A stretch of DNA of 54,918 bases, from assembly GCA_050250255.1 (NCBI GenBank), contig JBFWOZ010000017.1:1-54918 (forward strand), in the 5' to 3' direction. The DNA comes from Bdellovibrionales bacterium (lineage in GTDB: Bacteria > Bdellovibrionota > Bdellovibrionia > Bdellovibrionales > DASUEL01). A program made the translations under genes and the position numbers. Positions 9,867-18,628 of the stretch are shown here, in pieces. The notes under the pieces were generated by a model. It was not told where the DNA came from. It saw nothing but the letters and a program-made list of their open reading frames with translations, and did no database searches. The first letter of the stretch is position 1; each line of letters begins with the position of its first letter.

Positions 9867-11162
9867 ATGAAATACAGAATCTATTTCCATATCGACGAGG
9901 TCGCTCGGGACTCCGTAGTGGCGGCGAATTTAAAAGCGCTATTTGCTCGTCAGGATATTCAGTTAGTGTATGGAAATCGATTAACTTCAGAAGCACTGAA
10001 GTTCTCTCAGCCTTTTGATCTGCTTATTTTTCCTTCCGTAGACCTCATAGAAACGACCTATCCAGTAGCTTCATCCATTGACGTACCGATCATGATTTTG
10101 CCAACCGAAGGCATTGGCATGAATGATATGAAAAGATTTTCTGTCCATTTTTTAGGGCTACAATACGTCTCAGGGAAGAAAGATTGGGCGAGTAAAGTCA
10201 CAGCTTTTTGTTTTTGGGGGAGTGAACAAAAAAGAATCGCTTCTCAAATTGCTCCAGAATTAACGTCTAAGTTTCATGTTGTAGGGCATCCTCGCCATGA
10301 TAAACGTTGTCTCGCGCCTAGTAAGGAAGCGACAAGTCCAAAGCCGGTGGGTTTTCTTACTCGCGTGGATCTTCTCAATACTTTTGATGACCGCAATGTT
10401 CTTCATCACCTCTTTCATTTAAGAAGAGTGACGGGCCAAGAATATTGGCTCACCGAAGGCCGAGATATTGAAGATATCATTTACACAATGTGTTCGGATG
10501 CGCGAGTCGGTTTTGGAATTACTCAGGCCATGAAAGATCACGGGGTTGATTTTCAGTTACGAGTTCATCCTCGTGAGAATCGTAACGTGTGGAACAATCT
10601 ACTTCAAAAGAGCATTCGCGCAGGGACGTTAGCTCCTTGGGATCAACCGTTTATGCATTGGTTGAATTCGGTAGGACATATCGTATCTCCGCCATCTACG
10701 AGCTTCTACGATGCTTTTGTTTTAAAGAAAAAACCCATCTGTTATGAGCTTTTGAATCCTCATCGCAAACATCACTGCATTGCGGGTTCTGATGATGAGA
10801 ATCCGATTTTACAATATGTCTACAGACCCGAAACCTCCAAAGAAGTGATTCGATTTCTGGAAGAGCCTGTTTTTGTCGAAAAGATCGAGCCTGCTGTAGA
10901 AGAGTTGCTCTTTAAAGAAACCAATTATCCCTACTCTCAAGGTTCTCTTGATGAAATCGTGAAACTTTGTCGCGAGCACTTAGGAACACGTGCGCCGAGT
11001 AAGATTTCTGACTCTATGATGTACGAAGCAAGAACTCGCTATCGTCGCTTGAGATTTGTGGCGGCGAAAAAAATCCGTCAAAAAACAGATCAAAGCGCTA
11101 TTTTTGACTTAGATTCTAAGCGCCAAGCTTGGATCGACCATTTAACCCACACCGAAATCTAG
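9867..11162 (+). CDS. Surface carbohydrate biosynthesis protein (TIGR04396-like putative GT-B transferase)
   Basis: IDEVARD N-terminus, CFWGSEQ, VVGHPRHD and LRVHPRE motifs. Start moved from 9807 to ATG 9867. Confidence 0.7.
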   Translation: MKYRIYFHIDEVARDSVVAANLKALFARQDIQLVYGNRLTSEALKFSQPFDLLIFPSVDLIETTYPVASSIDVPIMILPTEGIGMNDMKRFSVHFLGLQYVSGKKDWASKVTAFCFWGSEQKRIASQIAPELTSKFHVVGHPRHDKRCLAPSKEATSPKPVGFLTRVDLLNTFDDRNVLHHLFHLRRVTGQEYWLTEGRDIEDIIYTMCSDARVGFGITQAMKDHGVDFQLRVHPRENRNVWNNLLQKSIRAGTLAPWDQPFMHWLNSVGHIVSPPSTSFYDAFVLKKKPICYELLNPHRKHHCIAGSDDENPILQYVYRPETSKEVIRFLEEPVFVEKIEPAVEELLFKETNYPYSQGSLDEIVKLCREHLGTRAPSKISDSMMYEARTRYRRLRFVAAKKIRQKTDQSAIFDLDSKRQAWIDHLTHTEI

Positions 11163-11170
11163 AACTGTGA

Positions 11171-12622
11171 ATGTTATTTAACTCATTCAGTTTCTTTGTT
11201 TTTTTTCCGCTCGTAACAACCCTTTATTTTTTATTTCCACATCGCGCACGTTGGGCTCTTCTGTTATTTGCAAGCTGCGTTTTTTATATGTGGTTTATCC
11301 CAGAATACATTCTTATTTTAGCAGCGACCATTATAGTGGATTATTTGGCTGGGATTTGGATTGAAGAGAGTTCGACAACTCAAAAGAAAAAGTTCTATTT
11401 CATTTTTAGTATCATTACGACCTGCCTCATTCTTTTTGTTTTTAAGTATTTTAATTTTTTCAACTACAGTGTTGAGAGGCTGGCACATGCTTTAGGGTGG
11501 AACTATCACGTTGAAGCTCTGCAAATCATTCTCCCCATTGGACTTTCTTTTCATACCTTTCAGAGTTTGTCTTATGTGATTGAAGTGTACCGAGGGCACC
11601 AGAAGGCCGAGAGGCATTTTGGCATTTACTCCCTCTACGTCATGTTTTACCCACAGCTTGTAGCGGGACCTATTGAGCGACCACAAAATTTGCTCCATCA
11701 ATTTTATGAGAAACATGACTTCGATGCCGAGAGAGTGGCTGATGGTCTCAAGCTGATGATTTGGGGTTTGTTTAAAAAAATAGTGATTGCGGATCGCCTC
11801 GCGCTTTTTGTGAATCCTGTCTATGACAATCCTGCATTACATAGCGGTCCTATCTTGACGATCGCGACAGTCTTTTTTGCATTTCAAATCTATTGCGATT
11901 TCTCTGGATACTCGGACATTGCTATAGGGTCTTCCCAAGTGATGGGTTTTAAACTCATGGACAACTTCAATCGTCCGTACTTTTCAAAGTCGATCGCGGA
12001 GTTTTGGAAACGCTGGCATATTTCTCTTTCCACCTGGTTTCGAGACTATTTGTATCTAAGTCTTGGAGGCAATCGCTGCTCAAAGCCGCGCTGGTGGTTC
12101 AATCTCTTTTTTACTTTTTTAGTGAGCGGTCTCTGGCACGGAGCCAATTGGACTTATATTGTTTGGGGTGGGCTTAACGGATTTTATCTGGTGTTTGCAC
12201 TTTGGACCAAAGAGGCTCGCTCTTCGATAGAGAAAGCGGTAGGCCTACATCGGCCCTCATTACTTCGAAAAGCTTGGAAGATCGGAGTAACCTTTGGTCT
12301 CATTTGTTTTTCATGGATCTTCTTTCGTGCTCGCGATATGGAAACCGCATTCACTTTGATTCGCGGATTAAGGCAGGGGTGGAGCACGAGCTTTTTAAGC
12401 TCACTCACTAAGACGGGCTTTTCGACATCTCAATTTATTCTCTCTTGGTTGCTACTCGCTTTTCTGATGTTCATTCATCTTATTCAAAGACATGGTTCTA
12501 TTCGACACATGCTGAAGGACAAGCCTGTTTGGGTGAGGTGGAGCATTTACTATCTTCTAGTTTATGGAATTTTGCTGTTGGGAGTGTTTTCAAAAAATGA
12601 ATTCATCTATTTTCAGTTTTAA
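11171..12622 (+). CDS. MBOAT O-acyltransferase (AlgI/PatA/DltB family)
   Basis: MLFNS start, LPIGLSFHTFQ, FYPQLVAGPIER, DFSGYSDIAIG, FWKRWHISLSTWFRDY, SGLWHGA, and C-terminal FIYFQF. Confidence 0.95.
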   Translation: MLFNSFSFFVFFPLVTTLYFLFPHRARWALLLFASCVFYMWFIPEYILILAATIIVDYLAGIWIEESSTTQKKKFYFIFSIITTCLILFVFKYFNFFNYSVERLAHALGWNYHVEALQIILPIGLSFHTFQSLSYVIEVYRGHQKAERHFGIYSLYVMFYPQLVAGPIERPQNLLHQFYEKHDFDAERVADGLKLMIWGLFKKIVIADRLALFVNPVYDNPALHSGPILTIATVFFAFQIYCDFSGYSDIAIGSSQVMGFKLMDNFNRPYFSKSIAEFWKRWHISLSTWFRDYLYLSLGGNRCSKPRWWFNLFFTFLVSGLWHGANWTYIVWGGLNGFYLVFALWTKEARSSIEKAVGLHRPSLLRKAWKIGVTFGLICFSWIFFRARDMETAFTLIRGLRQGWSTSFLSSLTKTGFSTSQFILSWLLLAFLMFIHLIQRHGSIRHMLKDKPVWVRWSIYYLLVYGILLLGVFSKNEFIYFQF

Positions 12623-13742
12623 AATTCTTATTTTGCTACTTCCGGGCGTCGTTGTATTTCTATTGGGCTTCCAACTGTTAAAGAGTTCCCGGGAGCTCTA
12701 TGTAGTCGAAGATTTAGTTGCCTGCCAAGCGAGCCAAGAAAGATGTTTGATCGGTCTCAAATACACAAATCCTGTGGTTCAGTACAAATTTGCTTCTGTG
12801 GTCCAGCGACGTCCTCAAGTTCTCGCGTTGGGAACCTCTCGAGTTATGGCGTTTCGCGCAGACTTTTTTAAACCTTCCACTTTTTTTAATGTCGGCGGAG
12901 CTGTTGGGAATCTGCGAGGCTTTTCGACCTTCCTCAATCGGTTACCCAAGGAGGCAAAACCTGAGCTTTTGATCGTAGGTTTGGATCAAACTTTTTTTAA
13001 TAAGAACAGTGATGGAATGTATGTCGACAATGTTCCTTATTACCTCGAAAAATCCTACACTTGGGACTATCTTTTAGAGGAAGGGTTTAAGGGGTTACGC
13101 GAGGATGTTTTTGTTCATGGAACGCTTCCAAGTCTTCAACCGATCTTTGGTCCTGTTCTCCCACGCTCTATTGGTCTGACGGCCTACGAAAAAGGATCAG
13201 GTTTTATCAACGATGGAAGCTATTATTACGGACACATTGTGCAAAATCCCGATCGATCTCAATTAGAGGACTATGAATTTAAAAGTACATTGAATCGAAT
13301 TCGACATCAGAAAAATCTTTTTGAGGGGGGCACCGAGGTAAATCCTGAAGCTCTATCTGTGCTGGAAGAGTTTTTAAATTTATGTCGTTCCAGAAATATT
13401 GAAGTGGTCGCGTTTCTCCCGCCGTATGCTCATGCGGTGTATGAGGCTTTAAAGGATTCAGGACATCATTCTTATATGGCGAAAATTTATCCTGCACTCG
13501 AACCTCTTTTTCAAAAGTATCATTACACTGTTCATGACTTTAGTGACCTTCGAGAGCTTGGTGCTTCCGATCGTGAAGTCACCGATGGTTTTCATGGATC
13601 CGAAAAAACCTATCTCAGACTGTTTTTAAAAATGCTTGAGACAACTCCTATTCTCAAAAAGTATTCAGCTGATCAGAATTTTCTCAAAGAACGGCTCGTG
13701 CGAACGACGAATGATTTTACGGTTTTTCCCGAAAGTCCGTGA
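12597..13742 (+). CDS. Membrane-anchored SGNH/DltD-like acyl-relay partner of the MBOAT
   Basis: N-terminal TM anchor, LGTSR serine motif and DGFHG Asp-x-x-His motif; overlaps the MBOAT stop. Start moved to ATG 12597. Confidence 0.7.
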   Translation: MNSSIFSFKILILLLPGVVVFLLGFQLLKSSRELYVVEDLVACQASQERCLIGLKYTNPVVQYKFASVVQRRPQVLALGTSRVMAFRADFFKPSTFFNVGGAVGNLRGFSTFLNRLPKEAKPELLIVGLDQTFFNKNSDGMYVDNVPYYLEKSYTWDYLLEEGFKGLREDVFVHGTLPSLQPIFGPVLPRSIGLTAYEKGSGFINDGSYYYGHIVQNPDRSQLEDYEFKSTLNRIRHQKNLFEGGTEVNPEALSVLEEFLNLCRSRNIEVVAFLPPYAHAVYEALKDSGHHSYMAKIYPALEPLFQKYHYTVHDFSDLRELGASDREVTDGFHGSEKTYLRLFLKMLETTPILKKYSADQNFLKERLVRTTNDFTVFPESP

Positions 13743-13781
13743 CTTGACCTTAGCGCCTTATTGCATCTAAGTTGGTGATCT

Positions 13782-14639
13782 ATGAAACGCGACGTTTATC
13801 TCTCTACCGGTGGCTTTTCTGGTGAACCTGCTTCTTCAGTAGTGGAAGCTCTTTTGGATCACGGTCTTACCCATTTTGAATTAAGTGGTGGAGTGTGGCG
13901 AGAAGACTTGCTAGGGGAACTCAAGAAATTAAGTCAAAAAGCATCTTTGCGTCTTCATAATTATTTTCCGCCGCCTGCAGTTCCCTTTGTTTTTAATTTA
14001 GCTTCCCCGAACCCCGAAGTTCAAAAATTGAGTCAGGGTATGCTTCAGCAAGCCATCGAATGGTCGGCGGAGTTGGGGTCTGAGTTTTATGGTTTTCATG
14101 CGGGATTTCTCACAGATCCTAGCGCACAAGAGCTCGGACGAAAGTTCAACTCACGTCCTCTCTTTGATCGTGAGGAGGCTATTCATCGGTTTGTGGATGT
14201 CACAGGTCAGTGGGCCGAAAAAGCAAAGATCTATGGGGTAAAGCTTTTGATCGAAAACAACGTGCTCTCGCCCTTCAACTATAAAGAGTTTGGACAAAAT
14301 ATTTTACTCATGGTGACGCCCGAAGAGTGCAGAGACGTTCTGAAACAGCTTCCTGGAGTAGGCCTTTTACTGGATGTCGCTCACTTAAAGGTCTCTGCCC
14401 AAACTCTTGGTTTTTCTGCAGAATCTCTGTTCCCAATATGTGGAGAGTTGATTCAAGGTTATCATTTGAGCGACAACAACGGTCTTGCTGACAGTAATGA
14501 CGCTTTCACTATGGATTCTTGGTTTTGGAAGCACATGAACAGAAAGCTTCAGTATTATTCGCTAGAAGTGTACTCGAAGGATCCTGAGATTTTAATGCGC
14601 CAAGTTGAACTCTGTCAAAAGCAGCTGCAGGCTTTCTAA
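13782..14639 (+). CDS. Sugar-phosphate isomerase/epimerase (xylose-isomerase-like TIM barrel)
   Basis: LHNYFPPP, FHAGF, IENNV, LLDVAHLKVS and HLSDN...DSN metal-binding pattern. Confidence 0.8.
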   Translation: MKRDVYLSTGGFSGEPASSVVEALLDHGLTHFELSGGVWREDLLGELKKLSQKASLRLHNYFPPPAVPFVFNLASPNPEVQKLSQGMLQQAIEWSAELGSEFYGFHAGFLTDPSAQELGRKFNSRPLFDREEAIHRFVDVTGQWAEKAKIYGVKLLIENNVLSPFNYKEFGQNILLMVTPEECRDVLKQLPGVGLLLDVAHLKVSAQTLGFSAESLFPICGELIQGYHLSDNNGLADSNDAFTMDSWFWKHMNRKLQYYSLEVYSKDPEILMRQVELCQKQLQAF

Positions 14640-14729
14640 GCTTGAGCTTACTGCTTCGCATTAGCTTCTTCGATGGGTTTTGCTCCCACTACCTGAAAAT
14701 GCTAAACGGTAATGCTGGGGTGGGTGACT

Positions 14730-16214
14730 ATGTTGATCTGTCGTGACGATGCGAGCGTGATTGATGCCATGAGGCTGATCAATCAGTCAGGTAAAGGCAT
14801 TGTTTTTATCGTCGATAAAAATGAGCAGTACGTCGGTGTTTTAACCGATGGAGATATCCGTCGCGGAATCATTCAATTCAATAATATTCCTACAAGTGTT
14901 GGTGAACTCGTCAATCGCTCGGCCGTTTCGTTTCCTGAAGGCACGACCGAGTCCGAAATTATTCAATCTCTCAAAGCCGCCGGAAAGCCCTATGTTCTCA
15001 TGGTCCCTCTTTTAAAAGACGGTAAAATTGTTCGCATTGTAGAACTTGAAAAAACTTTTTACGCACCGATTGCAAATCCCACTTTGAATGGGAACGAAAT
15101 GCTCTACGTTTACGAATGTGTCACGACGGGATGGATTTCTTCTCAAGGCCGATTTGTGCGTGAACTCGAACGACAGTTTTCAAAAAAATATGAAGCTGCT
15201 TACTCTACAACGGTGATGAACGGTACGGCCGCGATTCATTTGGCTCTTGAAGCTCTCGGCATTGGAGAAGGGGACGAAGTGATTATTCCTTCTCTCACTT
15301 TCGCAGCATGTATCAATGCTGTTCTTCAAGCGGGTGCAAGTCCGGTACTTGTGGATGTTGAGAGAGATTCTTGGTGTATTTCGCCTACTGAAATCGAAAA
15401 AAATATTACCGATAAGACCAAAGCCATCATGCCAGTCCATCTTTACGGACAGGTCTGTGATATGGATGCGATTCTTGCGATCGCTAAAAAACATCAATTG
15501 TTCGTTGTCGAAGATTGTGCGGAAGCTCAAGGGGCCAAATACAAAGACAAATACGTTGGAACGATGGGCGACATCGGTTGTTTCTCCTTTTTCGGAAATA
15601 AGATCATGACAACCGGTGAAGGCGGGATGTGCACAACTTCTCGCGAAGATCTCCATCAAAAAATGCAAAAGATGAGAGATCACGGAATGTCCCGTGACCA
15701 TCGCCTCTACTATCACGATATGGTGGGTTTTAATTACCGCATGACGAATTTGCAGGCGGCCATTGGACTTGCTCAGATGGAACGAGTGGATGATTTCCAG
15801 GCGCAAAGAAAAAGAATTCAAAATAAATACAACGAAGTTTTATCGAACGTTCCGGGTTTACAAAAGCAAGTCACTCTCGAAGGCCGGGAGAAAGTGTGTT
15901 GGCTCGCTTCTTACTTACTGACGAACAATGTCCTGACTCGTGATGAACTCATTCTTTTGTTGAAGGCTAAAGGGATCGACACTCGTCCGTTCTTTTTCCC
16001 TCTTCACATGATGGAAATTTACAAAAAATATCAGCGATCAGAGTGTCCTAACTCCGAATTTCTTTCGCAGGCAGGATTTAATTTGCCCACTTTTATTGGC
16101 TTAAGCGATGCGGAAGTTGAAAAAGTGGCTCACATGATCGAACAGCTTCTGGCTCAAAATGCTCTTAAGTCTCCTCATGCACCAACGCATGTGGAGCTTC
16201 TGAATCTCTCTTGA
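14730..16214 (+). CDS. CBS-domain / DegT-DnrJ sugar aminotransferase fusion (perosamine synthase/LegC-like)
   Basis: N-terminal CBS pair (GVLTDGDIRR), then TGWISSQG, NGTAAIHLAL, EDCAEAQG, FSFFGNKIMTTGEGG (PLP Lys) and GFNYRMTN. Alternative start 14712. Confidence 0.9.
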   Translation: MLICRDDASVIDAMRLINQSGKGIVFIVDKNEQYVGVLTDGDIRRGIIQFNNIPTSVGELVNRSAVSFPEGTTESEIIQSLKAAGKPYVLMVPLLKDGKIVRIVELEKTFYAPIANPTLNGNEMLYVYECVTTGWISSQGRFVRELERQFSKKYEAAYSTTVMNGTAAIHLALEALGIGEGDEVIIPSLTFAACINAVLQAGASPVLVDVERDSWCISPTEIEKNITDKTKAIMPVHLYGQVCDMDAILAIAKKHQLFVVEDCAEAQGAKYKDKYVGTMGDIGCFSFFGNKIMTTGEGGMCTTSREDLHQKMQKMRDHGMSRDHRLYYHDMVGFNYRMTNLQAAIGLAQMERVDDFQAQRKRIQNKYNEVLSNVPGLQKQVTLEGREKVCWLASYLLTNNVLTRDELILLLKAKGIDTRPFFFPLHMMEIYKKYQRSECPNSEFLSQAGFNLPTFIGLSDAEVEKVAHMIEQLLAQNALKSPHAPTHVELLNLS

Positions 16215-16223
16215 GGTGACTCT

Positions 16224-17513
16224 ATGGATTTTCAAACTCGTTTACTAAAAGCGATTCCCGGCGGAGCCCACACATACTCGCGAGGGTTCGATCAATTCCC
16301 ACAAAATGCTCCACAAATTCTTTCTCGTGGCAAAGGCTGTTATGTCTATGACGACAAAGACCAAGCCTATCTCGATTTTGGAATGGGACTACGTTCGGTC
16401 ACGATTGGCTACGCGGAAGAACGAATCAATCAAGCGGCTTTTCGTGAGATGGAAAAGGGGAACACCCTTACTCGTGCCACAATGGTGGAGCTAGAAGCTG
16501 CTGAAAAATTTTTAGATCTTATTGAAGCCGCCGACATGGTGAAATTTGCTAAAAACGGTTCTTGCGCCACCACTGCGGCGGTGAAACTCGCGCGTGCGTA
16601 TACGGGTCGAAAAATCATCGCTCGCTGTCGCCAACCTTTTTTCTCTTTTGATGACTGGTTTATCGGTTCGACGGATATGGCTCACGGTATTCCTGATGAA
16701 GCTAAGTCTCTCACACAACAATTCGGTTACAACGATTTAGCATCCCTCAAGGAATTGGAAGCAAAACACCCTGGCCAAATTGCTTGCGTGATTTTAGAAC
16801 CCGTAACGAGCGAAAAACCAAAAGAAGGTTTTTTAGAAAGCCTGCGAGAGTTCTGTACGCAAAAAGGCATCGTCCTTATTTTTGATGAAATGATTACGGG
16901 TTTTCGCTGGCATCTTGGTGGAGCTCAAAAATATTTTGGCATCAAGCCTGATCTCTCTACCTTTGGAAAAGGAATCGCCAACGGTTTTCCTTTAGCAGCG
17001 GTCGCTGGCAAACGTGAGATTATGCAGCTTGGAAGTACGGAAATTCCCGGGCAGGAAAGATTGTTTCTTCTCTCGTCCACTCATGGATCTGACATGGCCT
17101 CTTTTGGTGCCTTTCTCGAGACAATAAAGTTTATGGAAGAGCATAAGGTGGTGGAAGAGCTTTGGAATTTTGGAGAAAAGTTTTTTGCACTTTTTAACCG
17201 TCAAATTGAAGCGAATAAGCTCAAAGATTTCTTCAAGATTGAGGGTTATCACTGCTCTCCTTATTTCGTAACGAAAGATCGCGATGGCCAAGTGTCATTG
17301 CCTTTAAGAACCGTTTTTCTACAAGAGATGGTGAAGAGCCAAGTTCTTATTCCTTGGGTGGCCTTGTGCTACCGCCATAAGGACATCGACTTAACGAAAT
17401 TGGAAGAAGCCGTCTCGAAGAGCCTCAAAGTGTACGTGAAGGCTCTAGAAGACGGGGTCGAGAAACACCTTCTAGGTCCTGCGGTAAAACCTGTTTTTAG
17501 AAGGTATAATTAG
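16224..17513 (+). CDS. Class III PLP aminotransferase (glutamate-1-semialdehyde aminomutase-like, glycan-associated paralog)
   Basis: IPGGAHTYSRG, KFAKNGS, LIFDEMITGFR, TFGKGIANG and SSTHG motifs. Confidence 0.85.
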   Translation: MDFQTRLLKAIPGGAHTYSRGFDQFPQNAPQILSRGKGCYVYDDKDQAYLDFGMGLRSVTIGYAEERINQAAFREMEKGNTLTRATMVELEAAEKFLDLIEAADMVKFAKNGSCATTAAVKLARAYTGRKIIARCRQPFFSFDDWFIGSTDMAHGIPDEAKSLTQQFGYNDLASLKELEAKHPGQIACVILEPVTSEKPKEGFLESLREFCTQKGIVLIFDEMITGFRWHLGGAQKYFGIKPDLSTFGKGIANGFPLAAVAGKREIMQLGSTEIPGQERLFLLSSTHGSDMASFGAFLETIKFMEEHKVVEELWNFGEKFFALFNRQIEANKLKDFFKIEGYHCSPYFVTKDRDGQVSLPLRTVFLQEMVKSQVLIPWVALCYRHKDIDLTKLEEAVSKSLKVYVKALEDGVEKHLLGPAVKPVFRRYN

Positions 17514-17597
17514 GGGTTTAGCTATCTGCATTAAGTGAATTTTTTTGACTTAAAAAGTGGCATAACGCTAAATGACTTTTTCTTTCTAAGGGGATCC

Positions 17598-18614
17598 GTG
17601 TCGAATCAATCTGTCTATATCATTGCGGAAGCTGGAGTAAACCATAACGGCGATCTTCGCTTGGCGAAGAAGCTTGTGGATGCGGCCGTTGAAGCAAAAG
17701 CAGATGCCGTAAAGTTTCAAACTTTCCGTGCAGAAAACTTGATCGTTCAAGGAGCCGCGAAAGCGGAATACCAAAAGATCACGACAGGTCAGCAAGAGTC
17801 ACAGTTCGATATGCTAAAACGTTTGGAACTCTCTCTTGAAGGGTTTCGGGAACTCAAAGAATACTGTGATCAAAAAGGGATTGAGTTTATGTCGACTCCT
17901 TTTGATCTTCCGAGCATCGATTACTTAGTTGAGTTAGGCATGAAGACGATGAAGATCCCTTCAGGCCAGTTGAACGATTACCCCTACTTAAGAAAAGTAG
18001 GGCAACTGGCTGGAGATGTGATTCTTTCAACGGGCATGTGCACTCTGGAAGATATTGAACAGGTAGTTCAGCTCCTTATCGAGTCGGGAACACCAAAATC
18101 TAAGATCTCTATTTTACATTGTAACTCCGCTTACCCGACACCTTTTGAAGATGTGAATCTTCGAGCGATGAATACCATCAAAGAACGTTTTCAATTAGAG
18201 GTGGGTTATTCGGATCATACGCCAGGGATCGAAGTGAGTTTGGCAGCCGTCGCTCTTGGAGCAAGGATTATCGAAAAGCACTTTACACTTGATAAAGAGA
18301 TGGAAGGTCCTGACCACTGTGCGAGCTTAGATGTCGATGAACTCAAAGCGCTCGTCAGCGGAATTCGCCATATTGAAAAGGCTCTAGGTAGTCCAAACAA
18401 AGATTTAAGTCGTAGTGAAAAAATCAATCTGGTCGCCGCTAGAAAATCTCTTGTAGCCAAGAAACCAATTCGTCGCGGAGAAGTTTTCAGTGAAGATAAC
18501 TTGGCGGCAAAGCGCCCGGCGAATGGTTTGTCTCCCATGTTATGGCCTCAAATCATTGGTCAGCCAGCCTCCCAAGATTATTCACCAGACGATATGATTT
18601 CAGAAAAGTTTTAA
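17598..18614 (+). CDS. neuB: Nonulosonic acid synthase (NeuB/LegI-type) with C-terminal SAF/AFP domain
   Basis: IIAEAGVNHNGD, DAVKFQTF, LHCNSAYP, GYSDHT, IEKHFTLD and RKSLVAKK...KRP tail. GTG start with AGGGG SD. Confidence 0.95.
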   Translation: MSNQSVYIIAEAGVNHNGDLRLAKKLVDAAVEAKADAVKFQTFRAENLIVQGAAKAEYQKITTGQQESQFDMLKRLELSLEGFRELKEYCDQKGIEFMSTPFDLPSIDYLVELGMKTMKIPSGQLNDYPYLRKVGQLAGDVILSTGMCTLEDIEQVVQLLIESGTPKSKISILHCNSAYPTPFEDVNLRAMNTIKERFQLEVGYSDHTPGIEVSLAAVALGARIIEKHFTLDKEMEGPDHCASLDVDELKALVSGIRHIEKALGSPNKDLSRSEKINLVAARKSLVAKKPIRRGEVFSEDNLAAKRPANGLSPMLWPQIIGQPASQDYSPDDMISEKF

Positions 18615-18628
18615 GGGTAGAGGTCATG

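Noticed and set aside
15180..15821. Long antisense ORFs (15180-15821, 25063-25623, 41182-41676, 44284-44721 and similar)
   Set aside because: Shadows of well-supported genes on the opposite strand, with no motifs.
16224..17513. Housekeeping hemL
   Set aside because: Sits within a sugar operon with no tetrapyrrole genes; GGAHTYSRG N-terminus fits the glycan-associated paralogs.
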